Positions 24,073 through 36,900 of a DNA stretch of 64,000 bases are shown one piece after another; the first letter of the stretch is position 1, and the number at the start of each line of letters is the position of its first letter. The notes beneath the pieces are model-generated. The model searched no databases. It was not told the DNA's origin and saw only the letters and a program-made list of their open reading frames with translations. Location: NCBI RefSeq assembly GCF_009914755.1, contig NC_060933.1. One strand, written 5' to 3'. Position numbers and translations under genes: made by a program. Source of the stretch: the human T2T-CHM13v2.0 reference genome, Homo sapiens.

Positions 24073-25479
24073 GGGTCTTTGAGCTAAGGTATATGGCAAG
24101 ATCTCTCTGAAGAGGTGATAGTTAAACAAAAAGTTAAATGATAAGTAAATTGTATAAAGGTTCTGGGGAAAAATACTGCAAGAACAGGGAAGAGTTTGTG
24201 CAAAAGCCCCGAGTAAACATGCTCAAGTGACCAAAAGGAGACCTGTGTGGCTGGAGTATAATGGGAATGGGGAAAAGATTAGATCAGATGAAAGTAGTTC
24301 TAAGAAGCTAAGAAGCTCCAGCATCTTTATTCCTGGTGAGAGGACATAAAAATCTATCTGAAAACAAACTCCTGTCTGAAGTCAGATGCCTGTTCTTATT
24401 TATTTTTAGCTTTAGAATACTAGATGTGAGAAATGACAAATCTAAACCAGAGGAAAGAGCTGTGACTGACAAACCATGAGAATAACTGCAGTAAAGGGGC
24501 TGTGGTCAAGTTTGTGATTGGAACTCCCGAAGGCAGCTGTAGGGAGTGGCAGGCCATTTCACATTCATCCTGAGTGTAGCTCATTCAAGAAATTCAAGAC
24601 CTGAGTATAGCTGTCCCTCACCATCTACCACAGCCTGTCATTTATCCAGCCTTTGATTAATACCAGGAATTAGAGGCTGGCACAATCATAAGATGAAGCT
24701 ATAATTTCAGGGCTATGTACATCACAACTTAGGTAAATAAGCAGAGAATCTGTTTCCTTCACTACATGTTTTGGATCTTAATTAACTGAGCATCAAATGC
24801 ATGTGCTGAAGGATGTCAGGGAAATGAAGTGTGGTGGAGTATGCGTCTACCATTCTATATTTGTGTATACTCAGGTCTTTATATTTTTGCAGTAGAAGCA
24901 CATAATCCAAATAGTATATTCGACGCATGGTTTCTTTTCTGTAAAATACTTATGCCAGACACACTTGTCTCACAAGAAGTTGTTGGGATATCTGATGGAG
25001 CTTAAGTGGGAGATTAAATTGCAAATGCTTACCATCCCTTTTATTTTAACTTCAAAAGAAAAAATCTGTCTTTCGTCATTCATTTTCTTACATGGTTTCA
25101 TCCCATAAAGTGAAGTTGGTCTTTTTCAGCCCCTTTCCTGGTATTAACTCTGGTATTATTTCCTGGCATTATGATGAATTTGGATCAGAGTGGGCTATAT
25201 TTACCCAGGATGGGGGTAAAATAGTAAAATGAAAATAAACAAGAATATCTATGCAGGCTGGAAGGATGACTACTTTCTTTGATCTTCTTTGAGGTCCTCC
25301 CAGAAATGTTTTAAATTTCATAATTATCCATTATTGTTGCACTACATTTCTTTGAATAAAATACTATGTCAAAATTATATTATGTAAATTCAAGTTTATG
25401 AGTTACAAATAAAACTATAAAGCAGGTGGAAATTATTTTGATATTATAAGAATGACAGCCATTGCTATGCTGGGGAATT

Positions 25480-25690
25480 AGTATGTCTGGTAGTAAATTT
25501 TAGACTTTGGATCAGATAACTTAAGTTCAAATCTTAGCCTTGCCGATTAATCACTGTTGGGACTTGATTCATCACTTAATCATCAGTTGCCTTATGAAAG
25601 AGCAAACAATATTAAATTTGCCTACTTCCGGATGTGTTATAATTATGGAATGATATTTAGTATGTGAGTTGCTTTGATGTGAGCTATTCA
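25480..25690 (+). mobile_element. MIR SINE
   Basis: agactttggatcaga...gttcaaatcttagc...cacttaat..cagttgcctt. Confidence 0.6.
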
Positions 25691-26499
25691 TTCAAACATA
25701 CACACAAAGCCTTTGAAATATTCTTGCTATTGGCACTTTTCTTAAAGAGTCAAAGAAGGCTTGGGGTTTTCTGTAGTATTCCTATGTATTTTGTATTTCA
25801 TTCTCTTTGTTATATATTCAAAACATATAAGGTTGATGCAAGTGGTCAGCATTTATACAAACACACACACAAATCTGTAGCTAATTCACATGTATTTTGT
25901 TTTGTGGATAGGAGAGGTCTTAATTTTATAAGTAGGAGAGGAGAAGAGCAATTCAATAAAGAAAGGGGCTGAGAAGATTCAAGAAAAAAATATCATGGAA
26001 AGTGATTGAAAGATGGATGTTACCAGGACTTGAGCTACCCTGAGCACAAGCATTAATGCTTTGAATACCAGGAGCTAAGATTGGATACAGAGCTTGGAAA
26101 GAAAAGCTCTGTCCTCTTGTCTGTGTCTTTCACTTTCTACTCTGCACTCATTCCTATACAGGTCCAATATTCTGTCAGCATCACAAGGATTGGTAGGATG
26201 GCAGAATGTGGAGATTCTTGACAGGAACATTAGCACCTCTATGGTGGAAAATGGTAGCAGAAAGCAAATCTTCCTTTAGTGCAGGTAGGGGCAAAGACAA
26301 TTCAAGAGGCTGAGCAGGAAAGAAAGAACACACAAGGTGAGCGTATTGCCTCAGCTAGTCTGTGTTTACATGTGAGTCACCTTTTTGAAGACTTATTTTG
26401 AGAATGAGGTTTTAATACTAATACCACTTCGGTGATATTTATAAATTCCATGACTTCAAGGCTACACTACAAACTAATGTATATGAGAAGTGAGAAATA

Positions 26500-26602
26500 A
26501 ATAGAGGGAGAAAAAGAGAGAGAGAGAAGGAAGAAGAAGGGAGGGAAGGAGGGAGACAGAGAGGGAGGGAGGGGGAGAGAGAGAGACAGAGAGACAGAGA
26601 GA
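26500..26602. repeat. GA-rich simple repeat
   Basis: Direct reading. Confidence 0.9.
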
Positions 26603-26649
26603 ACAACACAAAAACTATAAGGATTTCAACAGTAAGAAATTAAAGAGCG

Positions 26650-27070
26650 ATAATAGCAAACACCCAGCATTTATTAAGATTTAGTAAATGTCAGGCACTA
26701 TTTTAAGTTTGTATGTGTATATGGGTGTGTACATATATACAGAAATAAACATATGTAAATGCACATATAGACACACACACATAATCATTTATTCCTGATC
26801 ACATCCATGAGGAAGGTAAATTAGTATGCACATAATAATAGATACAGAAATAAACATGTGTAAATGCACATATAGACATACACACATAATCATTTATTCC
26901 CGATCACATCCATGAGGAAGGTAAATTCGTATGCACATAATAGTCTACTTCCAGAAAACTGAGGCTGAGAGGCTAACTTGCCTAAGGTCATATTGCTAGT
27001 GAGTAAGGGAGCTGGAATTTTAATCCCAGAAGCCTGCCTCTTATGTTCACACTGGCAATCATTACATTCT
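26650..27070 (-). mobile_element. MIR SINE containing a tandem duplication
   Basis: aaactgaggctgaga..aacttgcctaaggtca..gagctggaatttt. Confidence 0.7.
26737..26943. repeat. Tandem duplication, 105-bp period, 2 copies
   Basis: Units start atacagaaataaacat at 26737 and 26842; 4 substitutions between copies. Confidence 0.95.
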
Positions 27071-28324
27071 GCTACCTGGATTCATAGAGAATAAGTTTTA
27101 AAAAAATAGGCCTTAAGAGATGAGAAATGTAGTGATGTGGGGCTTATGAAACAGAAGAAAAACCATGAGCAGAAGCATGGAGGTGGCAGTGCAGTGCAGG
27201 TAATGAAATGGTGGAAGATAATGACAAATGGTTACTTGTAGGCCACGCAGGCTGAGTGGTCTAAAACCAAGGGATCTTTCTTTCTCAGCCCGTCATCAAG
27301 GCTCAAGGGGTGCCATGTCATTTGGTCATAGGGTAGCAGAAATTGCAATGATGGAAAATGTCAAACACCCCTACTTTAATTACAAATGATGAGTCTGGGA
27401 GCCACCGGTAATTGTGGCAGAAATAGCCACCTATGACAAATGTTGCTCTGAACTTGTGTCTTCTAACATTTGAATTTCCCATGTCAGTGGCTCTAGAGAG
27501 CCCAGACAACGAGGATAGCTTCCAATGCCTGAGATTCCCTGGGAGATTGAACTTCTGTCTAGCATCAACTTTCCTGTTTGCTGCTCTGAGGATTCCTTGC
27601 CGTCATTTGTCCTTGATCAGAGGTTGGATCATCCTTTTTCCTTACTCCCTAAACACAGGGCCCAGGACTCTGAAGCAATATGACAACATGTGAGTTGCCA
27701 AGGTTCCAAATAGTCTCTCTCTCTCTAGATTTCTTTTCCTCACACTTTCTGGGTGGGAAATGTTTCTCCTTTGCAAGGGCAGATGCCAAGGACTCAATTT
27801 CTCACTAACTCAGTTAACAAGCACGTATTGATCACTTACTGAGTATGGAATGCCAAATGAATTGTGTTGGAAGATGTAAAATAAATAAAGGACATGGTAC
27901 CTGTGAAAGTATAGACACTAATGGGAGTTGAAATCATTAATGGAACAGAAGTAGAATGGTTATAGTTTAACCAGATGCAAATGTAAAAGTATTTTTATTA
28001 TATTTTATTATAATTCTGCATCATGTCTAACAATAAGACCAAAGAGAAATGTGATAAATGGTTACTGAATTCTGCTCTTGAGTTAGTGAACATCAAACCC
28101 AGAGCAATCAAAGCCAAGAACCTAATATGATTGGTTATAAAACCAATATAGGCTTTATTAGAGCAAGTACATGTACACTTCCCTGAACTGTGGGGAGAGA
28201 CAATCATTCCTACATCATCCCTGACCCAGACTGTAAGCTTAATGATTCCTGAGCCTGATGTAAGTCTTCTAAAAAGGAAATAATTTGTTCTACTCTCAAT
28301 TGATAGATAAATTGGATAGGTAGG

Positions 28325-28360
<36 letters not shown>
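28325..28360. repeat. (TAGA)9 tetranucleotide STR
   Basis: Nine perfect units preceded by taggtagg. Confidence 0.97.
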
Positions 28361-29689
28361 GTGATTGATTTTAAAACTGTGGATATGGGGAGAATTTTAG
28401 AAGAAGTAGAAAATGTTTAGTGAGGTTTTTGTATAGAATAAAAATGTTTGGAGCAACACAGTATATAAATATGTAAGTATATCAAGGGCAGCTTCTTGGA
28501 AACCGTGTGTTTTGAGCTTCTTCTTGTTAGTAATGACAGATGCACAAGAACACAAAAATAGAAAGACATTCCAGGAAACATTCTAGGACATCTTAGATTC
28601 TCCACAGGCTGATTTGGCTTCAGGGCAGGGTTAGCAGGTTTAAATATGGACGTAATGAAAATTACTATAAAAGATGTATAATTGGCTTGGGAAGGAAGAT
28701 CTTGAATGTTTGGATATTTCCCAGTTAGTCATTTTTACAAAACTAGATAGTTATTTATAAATTAACACTGATTCTGAAGTAAGTTAGAATGACAAAGCGA
28801 GACTTGTTAATTAATAGATATGCCATCTTTCAGATCTCTTCTGAGAGAATGGGAGGGGGTCGGGAGAGGGTCAGAGAGTGTGTGTATTAAAAACACAAAA
28901 TGGTTTTAAAATAATCACTAAAATTGGTATTTTTAATGTTGAAACAAAGGAATAAGAATCCAGTTAAAGGAGACATGAGTGAGACAAAAAGGTGAGAGAG
29001 CAAAAATAAAAAGAGAGAGAAAGAGAAATTTAAAAGAAAATGTAAATAGAAGACAATAGGAAAAGAATAACGGTACAATTGACTATATAAAAATAAGCTT
29101 TGAAAAGGACCCTTTTCCAGAGAGTTGTGAACTCATCTGAACTACCTCATCTAGAGAAGTCAATGTGGTATTTTGGAGATGTTGAAAATGTTAGCAATTA
29201 ACACATACATACTCTATTTCTCCTTTCGAATTCACCAATCGAATAATTCATTCCAACTTCTGTTGGGAGAATGAGTCAGAGAAAGAGGTCATGAGGTGGT
29301 ACTAGTGAAGGTCCCACAAAGAAAAGATCCAAGATCAGGAAAACAGAAACTCTCTGCAATAACTGTCTTGCTAAACCATCCTGACTAAAGGTTGATTGCC
29401 TTCACTCACCATTTGCTCTATTGATTTGAGTTGGAAGGAAACAGGAACCAGAAGCAAACTCTTAGAAGTTCAAACATCACGGACTCAGGTTCAATAAGAA
29501 GTTAAAATGAAAGCTGAGCACAAAAAAATTAATTTGATTACCTTTCCTGTCCTAGAAATGTGCTGGGCTTTGTACTTTTAGGAGTTAGCTGAAGTGCCTT
29601 TCAGAAAGCTCATCACAGAGACCACGAACATAGAATCTACATTCTATGGCGTGTGAGGGGATTAATATTGAGCACTAGGCATGGTCCTT

Positions 29690-30460
29690 AACTCTCCCCA
29701 CCTTTATCCAATCAGTCCCTAGGTTTATCTTACTATGTTACTCAGTTAGTTCTATCCCATCTGTTCTTGTCCACATCATTATCACTCCCCTGCATCACTG
29801 CAATAAACATTTAAGTGGTCCTCTTACCTCTAGTATCAACTCCTATCCCCATTCCCACTTTTAATCTTATTTTTTTCTGTGGCCAAGAGAATCTTCCAAA
29901 ACACGAATCTGAACATGTCATTTTCTTGCTTTGCTAACCATCGAATAGGTCTCCACTGTCCTCAGACATAGATTAAAATCACTTTATAATCAGCCAGTGT
30001 GACCTGGACCCTGCTGAGCTGTCCAGTCTTAACTGTAAGAGTTTCCCCTTCTCTTTACAATCTGCGCTCCAGCCTTGTTCAACTTCTTTTACTTCCTTGC
30101 ATACACAAGGCTTTTTTCCCCCTCTGGACTTTTGCACACTCCATTCTCTTTTCTTAGAATACACTTTTTCTTCTTCCTCCACCTTTGTCTTCTTCCACCT
30201 TTGTCTCCTCTCCTATTAATCTCCATCATTTACTTCCAAAAGTCTCCCTTGCTCCAGGGCTGGGTTAAGTGTCCCTGTAATGTTTTCACATTTTGCCCTA
30301 TCACTTCTTCTCTGTTAGTTTTGTCTCTACCTTTTCTGCATGCTCATATCCTTTGATGAGTTCTGAAGTAACAGACTATGTTTGCCCTATTCATCATCAT
30401 TTGTCAGAATTTAGCAGTGTCCAGCACAAAGTAAGAAATTAACATATATACATGGATTTG
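29690..30460 (+). mobile_element. L2 LINE 3' fragment
   Basis: Pyrimidine-rich L2 body (atccaatcagtc, ctgcaata..ggtcctc) ending ttagcagtgtccagcacaaagtaag. Confidence 0.8.
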
Positions 30461-30814
30461 ATATACTTCAACCAGACATTTAAAAAATCCTCTAGCTTAG
30501 GGTTCTATAGATAAGCAAGGATTTTATGTCCAGATTAACAGCTAGTTGTGTTGATATCCCTAAAGAAGAAACTCTCCAGAAAAAAAAAAAAATGTGTTCC
30601 TAAATGCCAAGGATTATTGCGAGTGGTGGTGACTTTAAACACGTCCTGAATGTGGGATATTGTTATTTCATAGAGTTCAGGAGTTGTGGTTTATGGCACA
30701 GAGAAAATCTCATCTTACTTGTAGGGGAGAGAGAGAGTACTTATATAAAAATATAAAAACAAATTCTACTTGATTCATTTATCTTATTACCATGAGAATC
30801 CATCAACATAAACA

Positions 30815-31050
30815 GAAAAATGAGGGGGATGGCTTTGGCTTTCTAGTCACTCAGATCTGCATTCAAACCCCGTGCTTGAACCACCTCAGCTGTGATGTTA
30901 AAACTGAGGCTTAGCCTCAGTTTCCTCATATGTAGAAGAGAATAGAAACTTACTCAAAGATTTAGAAAAAAATGCATCTGTATCATCTAAAACAACATTT
31001 GGCATATAGCAGTTTTAAAGTGAATACATGTTCTAGATGGGGCTGAGCTA
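30815..31050 (+). mobile_element. MIR SINE
   Basis: gcctcagtttcctcatatgtagaa core and tggcatatag tail. Confidence 0.7.
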
Positions 31051-31304
31051 AAGTGAAGAAATATAGCTTACTCTTTCATTTAACGCATTCTATTAAGTCC
31101 ACATTTTGTGACAGGCACTGGACTAGACTTTTTGTATTTGGAATACAAAAATAACAGTGTAACCCCACCCTTAGGAGGCACAGCATACAGCAATGACAGA
31201 GATGGTGACCAGATAACATGAAGTACTGTGCACCATAATGTGCCATAATGTGGAAAGTGCATTGAAAAAGTAATTAGAAAGCTCAATCATGGAAAATGTT
31301 GTCA

Positions 31305-31696
<392 letters not shown>

Positions 31697-31976
31697 CTAC
31701 ACAAAGGGATGAGTAAAAGGTGTTCATTGTAGGATTTGTTGCAAGGAGTGTGGGAGCACCTCCTTGGAGAATGAGGCAGGTTAAGATATGTCAGCTGTCC
31801 AATGGAGAACCAGAAGGTCAGGAGACACTACATACTAGATGTGCACATAGTAACATGGATGGGTCCAGAAAACAGGACAAATAGAATGAGAATCATACTG
31901 TTTTCATTTATACATATTAAAAATATGTTAACTACAAAATAATAACATACATACAAAAATTCATATAAACAAAAGC

Positions 31977-32340
31977 TGATATGGTTTAGCTGTGTCCCCA
32001 CCCAAAATTTATCTTGAATTTTAGCTCCCATAATTCCCATGTGTCATGGGAAGGACCCAGTGGGAGGTAATTGAATCATGGGGATGGGTCTTTCCCATGT
32101 TGTTCTTGTGATAGTGAATAAGTCTCACAAGAGCTGATGGTTTTATAAAGGGGAGTTACCCCACACAAGCTCTCTTGCCTGCCACCATGTAAGATGTGAC
32201 TTTACTCCTCATTCCCCTTCCACCATGATTGTGAGGCCTCCCCAGCCATGTGGAACTGTGAGTCAATTAAACCTCTTTCCTTTAAAAATTACCCAGTCTC
32301 AGGTATGTCTTTATTAGCAGTGTGAGAACAGACTAATACA
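31977..32340 (+). mobile_element. THE1B/C-like MaLR solo LTR
   Basis: tgatatggtttagctgtgtcccca...gagaacagactaataca; TSD aaagc/aaagg. Confidence 0.94.
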
Positions 32341-32573
32341 AAAGGGTACTCATTAAACCCTGTGATGTGGAGAGGGAAATGGGGGCACATGGGAATAAAA
32401 TAAATAATATAGAAACATATCTTTGTAAGGATGGATCATAAACATTTGTCATGAACTGAGGGGTATGAATTAGCCAACACTATCCATTGAGGAGAAGCAA
32501 AGTGATAAAGAACACATAATTTGTCTTAGAGTAAAGGGAAAAATTCCATGGACCAGCATTCATTCAACAATTC

Positions 32574-32690
32574 TTTTTTTTTGTTGTTTGTTTGTTTGTT
32601 TGTTTGTTTTTATTATACTTTAAGTTTTAGGGTACATGTGCACATTGTGCAGGTTAGTTACATATGTATACATGTGCCATGCTGGTGCAC
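32574..32690 (-). mobile_element. Extremely 5'-truncated young L1 (L1HS/L1PA2-type 3' terminus) with (TTTG)n tail
   Basis: ttattatactttaagttttagggtacatgtgcacattgtgcaggttagttacatatgtatacatgtgccatgctggtgc matches the youngest L1 3' end. Confidence 0.88.
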
Positions 32691-33247
32691 TTAGGATGCA
32701 CCCAGTATCATTTGCTAAGAAAACACAAAGAATAAAATAGGCCAAATCCTTAAATCTAATAAAGCTTAGAACTTATGAGTGTGAAGGCAGTCTAGAAAGA
32801 AATATACAAATTAGTATACACTATGATTTCAAGTGGCAGAAATGTTATGAAGAAAGATAAACCAGTATGGAATTAGTGAATATATGGAAGAACAGGGAAC
32901 ATTCAAAATACGGAGACCAGAGAAGTCCTATCTTGAAAGCATAATATTTGAGCATGGATGTGAATAACGTCAAGGAGAGATCTAACCAAAAGTCCAGGTT
33001 GGAGAATAAGTAGAAGACTGTTGAAGCAACAATGGATGAGCAATGAGTGAGCTCGTGGTCTCAAAATAACAGGAATAACCACATAGTTGACAAGAATGAA
33101 CAAGAAGCACAGAGAAGAGGAGGTGAAAGGGAAGGCATGAGGCAAACCACGTAGGGTCTTAGAGGGCAAAGTAAGGAGTATGGATATTATTCCGATTATA
33201 TGAGAAGCCAGTCATAGATCTGAGCTGGGCAGTGACATGATTTGAAT

Positions 33248-33318
33248 TTTTTTGTTCCTCTACTCTTATTTTAGGGTCTAGAGGAACATGTGTAGGCTTG
33301 TTACATAGGTAAATTGTG
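33248..33318 (-). mobile_element. Short old L1 (L1PB-like) 3' stub
   Basis: ttattttagggtc..gaggaacatgtgtaggcttgttacataggtaaattgtgt. Confidence 0.6.
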
Positions 33319-34089
33319 TTTGACTTACTTTTCAAAAAATGTTCTCTTAGGCTACAGTTGAGGACCTTTCTGGGAGGGCAGGGTCAAGTGTAGAAGTAGA
33401 AAAATCAGGCCGAAGACTATTTCAGCATTCCAGGTAGGACATGATGTTCAGTTGGCCTATGTATAATCAGGCTTCAGTGGAATATTTGCTTTGTTTCAGC
33501 ACACAAGTTCAGGAAAGGATGTTATGAGATGAAGAACATCATTAAACTTAGCTTAGAGATCTGAGCTCTCCAGAGGTGATTTAGGGCACAGGGCAAATGA
33601 AGGAGGGTGGAAACACACATGCAAGACAGGCTGAGGTCAGATTAAGAAGCGCTGAATGGACAGACTAAGGAGCTTGGACTCTTTCTTGCAGAAAATGGGA
33701 CCATCAGGGGAATGGCCTGATGTAACCTTGGCTTTTATGAGATAATTCTGGAAGCCTTGTAAATGATGGTTTGGAAGAGACAGAAGGCAAGAGGTGAGCA
33801 AAACTTTAGAGTAAAATTATAGCAGTTTGCAAGGATAAGAAAAGAAATGTTCACGTAATTGAGTATCTAAGGTACTTAAATGTTCTGCATAATGGATATA
33901 ATTATACCTACTGCATTGGTTTCTTATACTGTTAAATGAATTAGTGCGTGAAAAGTGCTTAGAATAGAATCTGACATATGCTAACCTCTTGATAAACATT
34001 AGCAGTTATTCATATATTATAAATATTAATGATATTATTTCTATGTGCTAGTCTATGGACAAGTATTATTTCTAAGGACTAGGCCTGAA

Positions 34090-34400
34090 TAATATATATA
34101 TTTTTAATTATTTTATTTGATCTTTGAGAAGGAGTCACTCTGTCGCCCAGGCTGGAGTGCAGTGGCATGATCTCGCCTCACTGCAACCTCTGCTCCCGGG
34201 GGTTCAAGTGATTTTCCTGCCTCAGCCTCCCAGGCAGCTGGGACTACAGGTGTGTGCCACCAAGCCTAGCTAATTTTTTTGTATTTTTAGTAGAGATGGA
34301 TGTTTCGTCAGGCTGTTCTCAAACTCCCGACCTCAGGTGATCTACCCATCTCAGCCTCCCAAAGTCCTGAGATTACAGGCGTGAGCCACTGCGCCCGACC
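34090..34400 (-). mobile_element. AluS-type SINE
   Basis: Full antisense Alu; TSD ctaggcctgaa at 34079-34089 and 34400-34410. Confidence 0.95.
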
Positions 34401-34571
34401 TAGGCCTGAAGAACATAAAAATGACCATCATTTGGTTGAGGCATTCATTATTAAAGGAGTTTGTGTTCCAACTAACTGTAAGTCACAGGAGACCTAAATG
34501 CTATGATGGTGGTATGTACACTTGCATGGTTCTTTAGACAAGGGGGGATATGAAGGGGAGAAAGTCATTTA

Positions 34572-34888
<317 letters not shown>

Positions 34889-35189
34889 GAGAAAGAAAGG
34901 AAGGAAGGAAGGAGGGAAGGGAGGGCAGGAGGAAGGAAGGAAGGAAAGAAGGAAGGAAGGAAGGAAAAGAGAAAGAAAGGAAGGAAGGAAAAGAGAGAGA
35001 AAGAAAGGAAGGAAGGAAAAGAGTGAGAAAGAAAGGAAGGAAGAAAGAAAGAAAAAGAAAAGAAAGAAAGAAAAAAAGAAAGAAGGAAAGAAAGAAAGAA
35101 AAAGAAAGAAAGAAAGAAAAGAAAAGAAAAGAAAAGAAAAGAAAAGAAAAGAAAAGAAAAGAAAAGAAAGAAAAAGAAAGAAAGAAAGG
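34889..35189. repeat. Alu-tail-derived polypurine compound STR (GGAA/GAAA/(GAAAA)10)
   Basis: ~300 bp almost purely A/G; ten perfect GAAAA units at 35116-35165. Confidence 0.96.
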
Positions 35190-35194
35190 TAACT

Positions 35195-35395
35195 GATATT
35201 GAATCCTGGTTGGACTCCATCTGGGCTTTGTGATTTTCAGCAACTTCCCTTCTCCAAACTTCAGTTTCCTCATCTTTAAAATAATATTGAAAATCCTGAC
35301 ACTTGCATGATGAAAACTTGAGACAATGTAGGTGAAGTTCATAGCATAGTGCCTGTTGTACCTTAAGAAGAAAACTGATATTGCTATTATATTTT
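35195..35395 (+). mobile_element. MIR SINE
   Basis: cttcagtttcctcatctttaaaataat core; tagcatagtgcctg tail. Confidence 0.75.
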
Positions 35396-36679
35396 ACTTA
35401 TCATGATTCAATCAACTCTTATGAGGAGTATTACCAGCTTCCATGAGGAGTATTTCCAGCTTCCACGCGTTTATTTTACATGTTTTGAATCTTTAAATGT
35501 TTTAAATCTTCCTTTAAATGTTGTCTTTTACCCTGCGTGAAGGGAAAATCCTGCCCTGACATTTGCATTTTGTTTCCTTGCTTTTTCCTGCTTTCACCTC
35601 AACATCAAGGAAATCTCCCTTTCAAATTAAAAAGAGATTTAACATTTTTAAGCATCGTTGCCCCCTGTCACCTTAGAAGTGTGGCATTTTGATGTTATTT
35701 GTACAGACTTCCAGAATGGAAGATACTCTATAGAGTTAGCACAACATGCAGTACTAATGTGGCAATGAATCCGTGTCAGTATCCCAACCCACTAATGGGT
35801 AAGAGCATCCCAGGCATGTGTTGGGATGTTCAGAAATGTATGCAGGTGTTTATGAGCAATAGGTGGTGAAATGGAAATTTGCTTTAAGGAAAGAAAATCA
35901 ATTTCCCTGGTCTTTCCTATTCACCTGTCTCTCTTTCCGTGTTAAGATCAACTGAGTCAGAGCACTTAGGAACAAAGGGACATTAACGTATGACTATTAA
36001 TGGGATGTTCAGAACTATAGATACAGAGTGTTGGGAGGAACTTTCGAATATGTAGTTTAACTCCTACACATTGTTGTGCAGTGTAATCATAAGCAATTTC
36101 TGTAGTAAAAACTTAATATCTTCTAAGGCTTCCTATCCTGTTTAGGGGTAGCTATGACTACTTGAAATTGTTAATTATTAATTTTTATTTTCTTAATGAA
36201 CTAACCTTGAGATGTGCCTCTCTGTAGCTTATACCTATTTGGTGAGACCTCAAGTTGTAGCCCACTTTTCTCTTTGCCCCTCCAGTGTTTTAAAATACTG
36301 GGGACATTGTTCTTTGTCTTGTCTTAGATTTCTTGCTTGGCTTCTTTTTTTCAATCATCTTCTCATTTCCCTTTGAGATTCTCACTTGCTGTTGGGTTTC
36401 GGCACTTATTATGGACACAGAACTAAGCGATTCTCAGGTGCCTCCCATTTACTTCTTTCAGTTAACCCGAATAAAGAATGAAGTAAGGGCAGAAGTAGGT
36501 TCAGCAACCTAAGTTCACTAGTAAGCAGCATGCAAGGGATTTCAATCCAAGTCTCCTTAACACCAGAGTATGTACAGCTGACAAATATACTATACTGCCT
36601 TCTAATGCCCCCTTTAACTGAGTCCTCTTGTGCAAACTCAAAACAGAATTCCTGCATCAGTGATAGTACTAATCTTACT

Positions 36680-36900
36680 ATTATGACTAATAAGAATAGC
36701 TGAGATTAGCTTCTTGACTCTGTTAACTATTTGAATCTTCATAACGACTTTGAGGTAGGTTCTCATTTTACAGATGAGGAAACCTAGATCCAGTAATATT
36801 AAGTAATTACCTCAAAGTCGTGTAGCTAGGAAGCAGGAGATACAAAATTCAAATCTTGAAAGTCCACCTCAAGAGTCTACACTCTGAAGCATTATGCTGT
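36680..36900 (-). mobile_element. MIR SINE
   Basis: ctcattttacagatgaggaaac core. Confidence 0.75.

Larger units (their letters stand above)
32557..33460 (-). mobile_element. L2 relic hosting two short L1 stubs
   Basis: cattcattcaacaa antisense tail and purine-rich body. Confidence 0.7.

Noticed and set aside
26737-26943. Repeat units as a CRISPR-like array (also 6461-6567 and 35421-35464)
   Set aside because: Only two copies each, no series of unique spacers, no cas genes, and the DNA is human
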